NCBI GenBank assembly: GCA_031362415.1
Contig: JANLSK010000056.1
Coordinates: 24,814 to 88,813, forward strand
DNA length: 64,000 nt
Source: Actinomycetes bacterium
GTDB taxonomy: Bacteria > Actinomycetota > Acidimicrobiia > IMCC26256 > VFJJ01
Direction of reading: 5' to 3'
The notes below the pieces were generated by a model that was not told where the DNA came from, searched no databases, and saw nothing but the letters and a program-made list of their open reading frames with translations. This document shows, one piece after another, positions 10,296-18,039 of this stretch (position 1 is its first letter; each line of letters begins with the position of its first letter). The position numbers and the translations under genes were made by a program.

Positions 10296-11021
10296 TCAGC
10301 CGAGCACGATCGCGTTCAGGATGATGAACACGACGAGCAAGACGCCGCCGGCGATCAGCGTGTCCTTGTGGGTCTCGAGCATCTTCTTGGTGGGCCCGGG
10401 GCCCGTGCCCTGGATGAGGCCGAGGGCGTTGGCCTCGAAGGCCCCGACGATCACGACCGTGAGGATGAACCAGATGGCCCGTGCGCCGCCGCCCGGCTGT
10501 CCCCCGGTGTAGTTGCCGTGGCCGGCCGCGATCATGAAGAAGAGCATGGTGATCGACAGCAGGGTGTTGGTGCGGGACGCCAGCAGTGCTTTGCGACCGG
10601 CCGGGGCGGCGGCCGGGTCGGGCTCCTGCCCACTGGCCACACGCTCGGCGTTGGCGATCACGACCTGCTGGTTGGGCCAGATCACCATCCACACGTTGTA
10701 GAACATCACCAACGCCATGATGATGCCGGCCAGCAACGCACTGCCCTGGGGGCGCTTCCAGTACAAGCCCTGCTCTTCGACCGTTCCGATGATCAACACG
10801 CCGAACGCCACCGTGGCCACGGCCGCCCACCGGAACCACCAGAGGGCCTTGACGGCCAGCTTTCGGATGGCATCGGTGCGAGCCGGGGCCTCCATCTGGG
10901 CGAAGGCCGGTACCTGCACCAGGTTGAAGTAGTACAGCAACCCGATCCACGCGATACCGGACAAGACGTGACCGTATCGGAACAAAACGCTGTACAACCC
11001 GAACTTGTTGAAGAGATCCAT
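10296..11021 (-). CDS. Polytopic membrane protein with PuuD (urate hydroxylase) N-terminal-like domain
   Basis: About 6 TM helices. HVLSGIAWIGLLYYFNLVQ resembles the HV.GIAWIG..FYF signature of the PuuD N-terminal membrane domain. The function is uncertain. Confidence 0.5.
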   Translation of the reverse strand: MDLFNKFGLYSVLFRYGHVLSGIAWIGLLYYFNLVQVPAFAQMEAPARTDAIRKLAVKALWWFRWAAVATVAFGVLIIGTVEEQGLYWKRPQGSALLAGIIMALVMFYNVWMVIWPNQQVVIANAERVASGQEPDPAAAPAGRKALLASRTNTLLSITMLFFMIAAGHGNYTGGQPGGGARAIWFILTVVIVGAFEANALGLIQGTGPGPTKKMLETHKDTLIAGGVLLVVFIILNAIVLG

Positions 11022-11221
11022 GCACTCCCCCTGGTGAGACCCTCAGAAACTGGCGGCACACTATCGCCGTCGCGTGCCGTGCGCACGGTTCGGTCATCGA
11101 GCCCGCGTTGTCGAGGGGCCCCAGGCCGGCTACGGTGATGGTCGGCCGGTCCACGGACCGGCCTTCGCATGCTCCAACCGCTCCACCGAGACACCGGCAG
11201 CGCCGCAGCATCTGAATACCT

Positions 11222-12487
11222 ATGACGAACCTCCGACGTTCCTTTCGCTCGGTCGCCGTCGTCCTCGCCGTGGTGCTCGCTGGAGCGCTCCCAGCCGATG
11301 CAGGGACGAAGGAAGACTTCGAGGCCGCTCAGGCCCAGGTCGCCGCGCTGCGAACCGAGGCGGCGGAGGCCAACCAGCGGGTACAGGACGCCTATGCCCG
11401 CCGCGACGAGCTCCAGGACCAGATCGACGCCGTGAAGGCCGACATCGCGGCCACCCAGCAGCGCGTCGACGAGCTCCAAGCCCGAGCCGACGATCGTGCG
11501 GTCACGGCCTACGTGAGCGGTGCGATCTCCGGGGTCGCCGCGCTCGACGTCGATTCGATCATGGATTCCGCCCGGCGCACGACCCTGCTCGGGAACCTGG
11601 CCTCGGAAGACGCCAACGTGCTCGACTCCCTCACGGTGGCCAACGACGATCGGGAGGCCCAGGAACGGGCGCTCGAGGCACTCGAAGCCGAGCAGGTCGA
11701 CATTGCGGCCACGCTCGAGACCGAGGTGGCCGAGGCCCTGGCCAAGCTGGCAGAGGCCCAGGCCCTCGAGGCTGAGATCGAGCAGAAGTACCAGGCCGAG
11801 CTGGCCGCCTACCGAGCCGCGGTCGAGAAACGGCTTCGGGAGGAAGAAGCGAAGCGCGCGGCCGAGGCTGCAGCCCGAGAGCAGGCCCGGCGAGCGGCCC
11901 AGCGGGCCGAACGTGAGCGTCTCGCCGCCGAGAAGGCCGCCAGCGACGCCACCAGCACCACCACCACGACCGTCGCCCCCACGGGGCCCGACGGCAGCAC
12001 ATTGCCGCCCACCACGGCTCCAGCCGGCCCCACCGGCACCGGCACCGGTGGCGGCGCCAACACCGTCACCGGCACCACGACTGACGGCGACTGGTTGCCG
12101 ACCACCGCATGGTCGTGCCCGCAACCGGGTTCCGCCTTCTTCAACTCGTGGGGCGCGCCCCGCTCGGGCGGGCGGCGACACCAGGGCGTCGATCTGATGA
12201 TCGCCGAAGGCAGCCCCGTCATCGCGGTGGTCGGAGGGTCGGTGAGTCACCGAAATGGGGGGCTCGCCGGGGTCGGGGCCTGGCTGAACGGCGACGACGG
12301 CAACACGTACTTCTACGCCCACCTGCTCGAAGACTCGGTCACCGACGGCCGGGTCGAGCGGGGCGCGGCGTTCGCCAAATCGTCCGACAGCGGCAACGCC
12401 CGAGGTGTGCCCCACACCCACTTCGAGATCCACCCCGGCGGCGGCAAGGCCGTCAACCCCTACCCCGCCGCCGCCGCGTACTGCTGA
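11222..12487 (+). CDS. Secreted M23-family metallopeptidase with long N-terminal coiled coil
   Basis: A signal peptide (SVAVVLAVVLAGALPADA) is followed by a coiled-coil region. The M23 catalytic motifs are HQGVDL and HTHFEIHP. Confidence 0.85.
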   Translation: MTNLRRSFRSVAVVLAVVLAGALPADAGTKEDFEAAQAQVAALRTEAAEANQRVQDAYARRDELQDQIDAVKADIAATQQRVDELQARADDRAVTAYVSGAISGVAALDVDSIMDSARRTTLLGNLASEDANVLDSLTVANDDREAQERALEALEAEQVDIAATLETEVAEALAKLAEAQALEAEIEQKYQAELAAYRAAVEKRLREEEAKRAAEAAAREQARRAAQRAERERLAAEKAASDATSTTTTTVAPTGPDGSTLPPTTAPAGPTGTGTGGGANTVTGTTTDGDWLPTTAWSCPQPGSAFFNSWGAPRSGGRRHQGVDLMIAEGSPVIAVVGGSVSHRNGGLAGVGAWLNGDDGNTYFYAHLLEDSVTDGRVERGAAFAKSSDSGNARGVPHTHFEIHPGGGKAVNPYPAAAAYC

Positions 12488-12595
12488 TTTTTTTGGGGCG
12501 GGCCTCGGGCCTCCGGCCATCCCGCCGGTGTGGTTCGAGGGGGGTGCGGGGGCCGGTAACGTGGGGGAACCTGTCCGGCTGCCCGGAGCTCACTG

Positions 12596-13111
12596 ATGCC
12601 GATCACCCGTCTCGAACGTATTCGTCAAGCCGACTACCTCGTCGACCTCGAAAGCCGATCCACCGACGACCTGCGGCGCATGCGCGACGACTGCGTCGAG
12701 CTGGAGACCGAGGCCAGCTACCTGCGCCGCATGGCCCAGGGGCGCATCGACATCCTCCGCTCCGAGCAGACCCGCCGGGAAGCGGGCGAGGGCGGCTCGC
12801 TCGACGGGCTCATCAACGATCTGCCCCGCATCCTGGCCGGCGACGCACCCCGATCCGATGCCACCCACAGCCGCATCCCGGCGCTGATGGGCCCCCCCGA
12901 GACCGAGGAGCTCCGAGGGCTGTTCCCCGAGCTCAACGGCGACGCGACCCTCGCCAACGTGCCCTCCTTGTCCGATCCCGACCTCGATGGGGCCCTCGAA
13001 CGCTTCGGCGAGGCCGAACGGGCGGTGTCGTCCATCCGGCGCGAGCTCCACGGCGTGATCGACGCCATCGAGGCCCAGCTCACCAAGCGCATCCAGGCTG
13101 GCGTCGAGTAA
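12596..13111 (+). CDS. RsiG-like anti-sigma factor candidate (c-di-GMP-binding coiled coil)
   Basis: There are two helix motifs. The first is E37-x3-S-x2-R-x3-Q-x3-D52 (ETEASYLRRMAQGRID). The second is E141-x3-S-x2-R-x3-H-x3-D156 (ERAVSSIRRELHGVID). Confidence 0.65.
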   Translation: MPITRLERIRQADYLVDLESRSTDDLRRMRDDCVELETEASYLRRMAQGRIDILRSEQTRREAGEGGSLDGLINDLPRILAGDAPRSDATHSRIPALMGPPETEELRGLFPELNGDATLANVPSLSDPDLDGALERFGEAERAVSSIRRELHGVIDAIEAQLTKRIQAGVE

Positions 13112-13242
13112 CACCGAACGGCGCCGCACGCACCGGGCGCGTCAGATGCACCAATTGCCGGGAATCGAACGGCGTGATCGACGGTTCAAGCGAACGGCCG
13201 CCCGGGATCGGACGGGTCCGCCTCGCTAGCATCCGACGGATT

Positions 13243-14478
13243 ATGCCCGTGAGTCGTCTGGCCATCGTGAGCTTCCACACATCGCCGCTGGCCCAGCCGG
13301 GCATCGGTGACGGTGGCGGCATGAACGTGTACGTCGATTCCCTGGCCCGGGGTCTGGCTCGTGCTGGCGTGCACTGCGACGTGCTCACCCGGGCCGAGGC
13401 CTCGGGCCAAGATCCGGTCGTCGAGGTCGAGCCGGGGTACGTCGTGCGCCATCTGCGGGCCGGCCCGCTCCGCCCGGTGCCCAAGGAAGAGCTGCTGGGC
13501 CTGGTCCCCGAGTTCACCGACCGGATGGTCGAGCTGTACCGCCGCGACGATCGCCTCCGGCCCGATCTTCTGCACGGCAACTACTGGCTCTCGGGCCTGG
13601 CGTCGCACCGGGCCAAGCACGAGCTCGACCTGCCCATGGTGGCGACCTTCCACACCCTGGCCCGGGTCAAGGCCGAGACCGCGGCCGCTGACGAGCCCGA
13701 GCTCCGGGCCCGCAGCGAGGCCGAGATCGTCCGCTGCAGCGATCTCATCCTGGCCTCGACGCCCGAGGAGGCCGACCAGTTGGCTTCGTTGTACGACGCC
13801 GACCGGAATCGCATCGAGATCGTGCCCCCCGGCGTCGACCATCACGTCTTCCGGCCTGGCGATCGGCGGGCGGCTCGGACCATGCTCGGCCTCGATGGGC
13901 GCAACGTGGTGCTGTTCGTCGGTCGTATCCAGCCTCTCAAGGGTCTGGAGCTGGCGGTTCGGGCCTTCGCCCAGATCGCCCGGAACGACCCGTCGGCCGT
14001 CCTGGTGGTGATCGGGGGTCCAAGCGGCGCCGATGGACCGGCCGAGCTGGCCCGGGCCCAGGCCGTCGTCACCGAGCATGGGCTCAGCGCCCGCGTCCAG
14101 TTCCATCCTCCGCAGCCCCACGAGCGCCTCGTCACCTGGTATCGGGCTGCCGACGTGTGCCTCGTCCCCTCGCGGGCCGAGTCGTTCGGGCTGGTCGCGC
14201 TGGAGGCTGCCGCCTCGGGCACCCCGGTGGTCGCCGCCGCCGTCGGCGGTCTGCGCTCGATCATCCACGACGGGCTCACGGGTGTGCTCGTCGACGGCCG
14301 CGACCCGGCCGACTTCGCTGCCCCGCTCGAACGCCTCCTGCGCGATCCCGAGCGCCGGATCGAGATGGGACTCAGCGCCGCGGCCTCGGCCCGTCGATAC
14401 TCGTGGGACATGACGGCCGTCCGGCTGCGTCGTCTCTACGCCGACGTGATCGCCCGAACCCCGGTCCGATGCTTCTGA
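13243..14478 (+). CDS. mshA: D-inositol-3-phosphate glycosyltransferase (mycothiol biosynthesis, GT4)
   Basis: Motifs are VSFHTSPLAQPGIGDGGGMNVYV, YWLSGL and PSRAESFGLVALEAAASGTPVVA. It is followed by a ybjN-like gene, as is typical for mshA loci. Confidence 0.85.
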   Translation: MPVSRLAIVSFHTSPLAQPGIGDGGGMNVYVDSLARGLARAGVHCDVLTRAEASGQDPVVEVEPGYVVRHLRAGPLRPVPKEELLGLVPEFTDRMVELYRRDDRLRPDLLHGNYWLSGLASHRAKHELDLPMVATFHTLARVKAETAAADEPELRARSEAEIVRCSDLILASTPEEADQLASLYDADRNRIEIVPPGVDHHVFRPGDRRAARTMLGLDGRNVVLFVGRIQPLKGLELAVRAFAQIARNDPSAVLVVIGGPSGADGPAELARAQAVVTEHGLSARVQFHPPQPHERLVTWYRAADVCLVPSRAESFGLVALEAAASGTPVVAAAVGGLRSIIHDGLTGVLVDGRDPADFAAPLERLLRDPERRIEMGLSAAASARRYSWDMTAVRLRRLYADVIARTPVRCF

Positions 14479-14915
14479 GCCACGAGGCCCAGGAGACTCG
14501 GGCCCATCAGCTGCTCGTCGAGTACCTGGAAGGGACGATCGCCCGGGAGCCCTGGATCCAGCACGTCGAGCACGATCCCGAGCTCCGCCGCTGGTACGTG
14601 CGCTTCGGCTGCGACGGACGCGACGCCGCGACCATCTCCTTCGACCTTCACCAGCGCACGCTCCGCTACGAGCTGTACTTCCTTCCTGCGCCCCCCGAGC
14701 CCCGGATCGAGCTGTACGAGTGGCTCCTCCGGCGCAACCACGGCCTCTATGGCGCCCGGTTCTCGCTCGGCCCCGACGGCGACGTGTACCTCACCGGCCG
14801 GGTCGCGCTCGAGCACCTCGACGCCGTCGAGCTCGACCGGATCATCGGTGTGCTCTACCAGCTCACCGAGACGTGGTTCCAGCCCGCCATCGCCCTGGCG
14901 TTTCGGCGGGAATGA
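14469..14915 (+). CDS. YbjN-domain protein
   Basis: 148 aa. The start overlaps the mshA stop by 10 nt. The sequence pattern (WYVRF..., YELYFLP, GARFSLGPDGDVYLTGRV) is typical of actinobacterial YbjN-like proteins downstream of mshA. Confidence 0.6.
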   Translation: MLLSHEAQETRAHQLLVEYLEGTIAREPWIQHVEHDPELRRWYVRFGCDGRDAATISFDLHQRTLRYELYFLPAPPEPRIELYEWLLRRNHGLYGARFSLGPDGDVYLTGRVALEHLDAVELDRIIGVLYQLTETWFQPAIALAFRRE

Positions 14916-15068
14916 CCGTTTCGCAGGCCTGAGCGGAAGGCCCGGGTTGGCGCGACGCGAGGTGTCGTTCCGACGACGCCTGCGATGGTGCGCCGGGCGT
15001 GTCACGGGGACTACCGTGTCAGGTACAGCGATCGGAAGCCGGCTGTCATGAGGCCATCAGGTCAGGGC

Positions 15069-15086
15069 TTGTGAGCGTGTTCACGA
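15069..15086. promoter_or_regulatory. Candidate Rex operator (ROP) upstream of the b6c operon
   Basis: TTGTGAGCGTGTTCACGA matches 12 of the 14 specified positions of TTGTGAA-N4-TTCACAA. It lies 70 bp upstream of the ATG at 15156. Confidence 0.5.
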
Positions 15087-15155
15087 GCGCCCGGGGCAAC
15101 CGACCCGAGCGCAGAGCACCCTGCGCCGAGATACACACGAGAGGGAGGCGACTCC

Positions 15156-15203
15156 ATGGGGCGATGTGAGCGGGAGAGCGCCGAGGTGGGGTGCCTGCGA
15201 TGA
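15156..15203 (+). CDS. Possible 15-codon upstream ORF (MGRCERESAEVGCLR) coupled to the first operon gene
   Basis: A strong SD (GAGGGAGG, 15141-15148) lies 7 nt before the ATG. Its TGA overlaps the ATG at 15200 (ATGA). Confidence 0.3.
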   Translation: MGRCERESAEVGCLR

Positions 15204-15730
15204 GCACGCTGCTCGCGATCAAGATCGAGATCACCTGGGACACCATCAACCCCGTGCAGTGGTCGGGGCCGGCCACTCGCCTGAACGTCTCGATCATCCT
15301 CCTCGTGCTCTTCGTGGCCGCGTTCATGGGTATCATCAAGCGCAAGCCCAAGCCCGAGACCGAGGCCACGTGGGCCGGCTCGATGGCCTTGGCCGTGCTG
15401 GTGTTCGCCGGCATGATGCTGGGCTACGGCGTGGTTCCCCACGAGTGGCTCACCTATGCCGACACCATCTTGGAGTGGAACGACGACAAGTTCCTCTTCC
15501 AACACACAGACAACGTCCCCACCGACTTCACGCTGCGGGCGCTGCGCGACATCGTCGCCACCGTGATCTACGTGGTCGTGCTCGTCGGTAACGTCGTCAT
15601 GTTCGGCATGTGGCAGAAGCGCCCCACCGCCGCGGCACTGGCCGCCTCCCAGGCCAAGGCCGTCGAGGGTGGCGGCTCCCGTCCCGGTGGCATGTCCCGC
15701 TTCGGCCGTCCCATCACCAAGAAGGCCTGA
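15200..15730 (+). CDS. Hypothetical 3-TM membrane protein, first large gene of the b6c operon
   Basis: Predicted TM helices are VSIILLVLFVAAFMGII, GSMALAVLVFAGMMLGYGVV and IVATVIYVVVLVGNVVMFGMW. No family was recognised. An in-frame GTG at 15191 is also possible. Confidence 0.6.
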   Translation: MSTLLAIKIEITWDTINPVQWSGPATRLNVSIILLVLFVAAFMGIIKRKPKPETEATWAGSMALAVLVFAGMMLGYGVVPHEWLTYADTILEWNDDKFLFQHTDNVPTDFTLRALRDIVATVIYVVVLVGNVVMFGMWQKRPTAAALAASQAKAVEGGGSRPGGMSRFGRPITKKA

Positions 15731-15737
15731 GCGCCTC

Positions 15738-16160
15738 ATGGCCCGGTCCGACGCCAACCCGCCGATGCCCGAGTTCTCCTCGGCGTATCACCTCCAGGAG
15801 GTCGACCCGTCGTGGTTGACCCAGGCGGTGAAGCCCAAGCAGTTCCTGCACATTGATCAGCAGGAATGCATCATGTGCGAGGGCTGTGTCGACATCTGCC
15901 CGTGGAAGTGCATCCACATGCTCTCGGTCGATGCCATCGAGGGCGCGGTCAACACCGATCGGCCCGGCGACGATCCGGCCGACACCGTGTTCTTCGTGGT
16001 GGACGAGGACGTGTGCACGCGCTGCGCACTGTGCGTCGACCGCTGCCCGACCGGTGTGATCATCCTGGGCAAGACCGTCGCCGGTGGCGTGGGCACGGTC
16101 AAGGGCGATCCGCACCAGCGAGACAACAACCACGGCTACGCCTACGGCCTGCGGTTCTAA
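15738..16160 (+). CDS. 2x[4Fe-4S] dicluster ferredoxin-domain protein (no signal peptide)
   Basis: Carries CIMCEGCVDICP and CTRCALCVDRCP. It lies 7 bp after the previous gene and 11 bp before the cytochrome b6-like gene. Confidence 0.8.
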   Translation: MARSDANPPMPEFSSAYHLQEVDPSWLTQAVKPKQFLHIDQQECIMCEGCVDICPWKCIHMLSVDAIEGAVNTDRPGDDPADTVFFVVDEDVCTRCALCVDRCPTGVIILGKTVAGGVGTVKGDPHQRDNNHGYAYGLRF

Positions 16161-16171
16161 GGGGGACCTGG

Positions 16172-16945
16172 GTGGCGAACGGAACTGGCGACGGGCTCAA
16201 GACCAAGATGCTTGAGCAGTCGGAGAAGATGAAGGCATCACAGGCCTGGGGCGCGATCTTCCGCCCCGGCTCGGTGTTCCGCAAGGGGTACACCGACAGC
16301 CCCCGAAACCGGTCGTACGTGATCATGAACAGCGTGCTCTACCACCTCCACCCCGTAAAGGTGAAGCGCCACGCGGTCAAGGTCTCCTACACCCTGTGCC
16401 TGGGTGGCCTGTCGTTCTTCTTGTTCATCCTGCTCACGGTCACGGGCATCTTCTTGATGTTCTTCTACCGACCGACCGCCGCCCAGGCGTGGGACGACGT
16501 GAAGACCCTCGAGACGGCCGTCACCTTCGGCTCGCTGGTGCGCAACATGCACCGATGGGCCGCGCACCTCATGGTGCTGTCGGTGTTCTTGCACATGGCC
16601 CGGGTCTTCTACCACGGGGCGTACAAGCCGCCTCGCGAGTTCAACTGGGTGATCGGCGTCATGCTGCTCATGCTCACCCTGTTGCTCTCGTTCACCGGCT
16701 ACCTGCTGCCCTGGGACCAGTTGGCCCTGTGGGCGGTCACGGTGGGCACGAACATGATGGGCTACACGCCGGTCTTCGGTCGAGAGGTGCGCTTCGTGCT
16801 CCTCGGCGGTAAGGAGATCGACTCCCCGACGTTGTTGCGCTGGTACGTCCTCCACGTCTTGATGCTGCCCTTCGTCATCGTCATCTTCATGGCGATCCAC
16901 TTCTGGCGAGTCCGCAAGGACGGCGGCATCTCCGGTCCTCTGTGA
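16172..16945 (+). CDS. qcrB: Cytochrome b6-like subunit (N-terminal 4-helix cytochrome b) of a Rieske/cyt b complex
   Basis: The haem-ligand His pairs lie in VRNMHRWAAHLMVLSVFLHMARVFYHG and WYVLHVLMLPFVIVIFMAIHFW. The C-terminus RKDGGISGPL is as in b6. YTLCLGG aligns with b6 FYCLGG, the haem ci cysteine. The start is GTG 16172 (SD GGGGGA) or ATG 16208. Confidence 0.85.
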   Translation: MANGTGDGLKTKMLEQSEKMKASQAWGAIFRPGSVFRKGYTDSPRNRSYVIMNSVLYHLHPVKVKRHAVKVSYTLCLGGLSFFLFILLTVTGIFLMFFYRPTAAQAWDDVKTLETAVTFGSLVRNMHRWAAHLMVLSVFLHMARVFYHGAYKPPREFNWVIGVMLLMLTLLLSFTGYLLPWDQLALWAVTVGTNMMGYTPVFGREVRFVLLGGKEIDSPTLLRWYVLHVLMLPFVIVIFMAIHFWRVRKDGGISGPL

Positions 16946-16993
16946 GGCCGGTCACGGTGTCTCTGTTCATGCGACCCTTCCTGGGAGCAGGCA

Positions 16994-17902
16994 ATGGCTG
17001 AAGTTCCCGAACATCTCCTCCAACGCAGTCGAGAGCGCCGCAAGGCGCTTGGCCTCGACGTCCCCGGTGACGAGGGCGGCGTGGCTCCGCCCGAACCGGA
17101 TCCGAGCGCCGAGGCCCTGGCGACTGAGGCCCCGGCGGCAGGTGCTGTCGCGTCGGCGGCGTCCGACGTGACCCCGGTGGCAGCCTCCTCGGAGTCGGAG
17201 GCCGTGGCGGCTGCCGCGCCGGCAGCCGCGTCAGCAGCACCGGCCGAGGGCGCGAGCAAGATCCCGGCGCACCTGCTGGAGCGGTCGAAGAAGCGGAAGG
17301 TTGGTGCCACGGCGGGCGCGTCCGCAGGCGGCGGTGGCAGCGCGGTGGCCACGGCTGCGGCGGCCACGGCGGTGGCGGCTCCGCCGGCCACGGCCACGGG
17401 CCCCGGCGGGCACACCCAGCGCCTGCTCACGGTGGTCAAGGCCGGCTCGATCCAACAGACCAAAGCCGACCCGGTCGACAAGGTTCACGTTTGGCCGCAC
17501 CTGCTGGTCATGGAGTTCACCGCCATGTTGTTGCTCATGGCGTTGCTCACGGTGTTCTCGGCCATCGTGCGCGCACCCCTCCTGGAGCTCGCCGACTTCA
17601 ACCGCACTCCCAACCCGTCCAAGGCCCCCTGGTACTTCCTCGGTCTCCAAGAGCTCCTCACCATGTTCCACCCCATGGTGGCCGGCGTCACCATTCCAGG
17701 TGTGGCTCTGGGGTTGCTCGGCGTGGCCCCGTTCATCGACAAGACCACGTCGAACAAGCCGTCCGATCGCAAGTTCGCCATCTGCATCTTCACCCTCTTC
17801 ATGATGTTCTGGGCCATTCTCGTGATCATCGGCTCGTTCTTCCGCGGCGAAGGCTTCAACTTCGTGTTCCCGTGGGAGTCGGGACTGTTCTTCGACCTGT
17901 GA
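16994..17902 (+). CDS. Subunit-IV-like protein (C-terminal cytochrome b domain) with long Ala-rich N-terminal extension
   Basis: Three TM helices carry the P(E)WY-type motif APWYFLGLQELL. The ~150-aa N-terminal low-complexity region holds two copies of a P-x-HLL-x-RS-x-x-R-K/R motif. Confidence 0.8.
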   Translation: MAEVPEHLLQRSRERRKALGLDVPGDEGGVAPPEPDPSAEALATEAPAAGAVASAASDVTPVAASSESEAVAAAAPAAASAAPAEGASKIPAHLLERSKKRKVGATAGASAGGGGSAVATAAAATAVAAPPATATGPGGHTQRLLTVVKAGSIQQTKADPVDKVHVWPHLLVMEFTAMLLLMALLTVFSAIVRAPLLELADFNRTPNPSKAPWYFLGLQELLTMFHPMVAGVTIPGVALGLLGVAPFIDKTTSNKPSDRKFAICIFTLFMMFWAILVIIGSFFRGEGFNFVFPWESGLFFDL

Positions 17903-17907
17903 TGCCC

Positions 17908-17986
17908 GCACCCGTGACGCCTGAGACGACTGTGACGCCCCTGTGACACCCGTGACGACTGTGATGCCTGAGACGACTGTGAGAGC
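17908..17986. repeat. Intergenic GTGA-rich repeat cluster with three exact copies of GACGACTGTGA
   Basis: The 11-mer occurs at 17925-17935, 17954-17964 and 17972-17982, inside the 137-bp spacer between the subunit IV and Rieske genes. Confidence 0.85.
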
Positions 17987-18039
17987 CGTTGCACTGTCGT
18001 GCACCGCTGCACGCAGCGCACGGCACAGAGGAGCCTGAG

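Noticed and set aside
12488-12494. A run of seven T directly after the M23 peptidase stop codon, as a possible intrinsic terminator tail.
   Set aside because: The T-run precedes rather than follows the GC-rich segment, and no convincing upstream hairpin is present. I left it uncalled.
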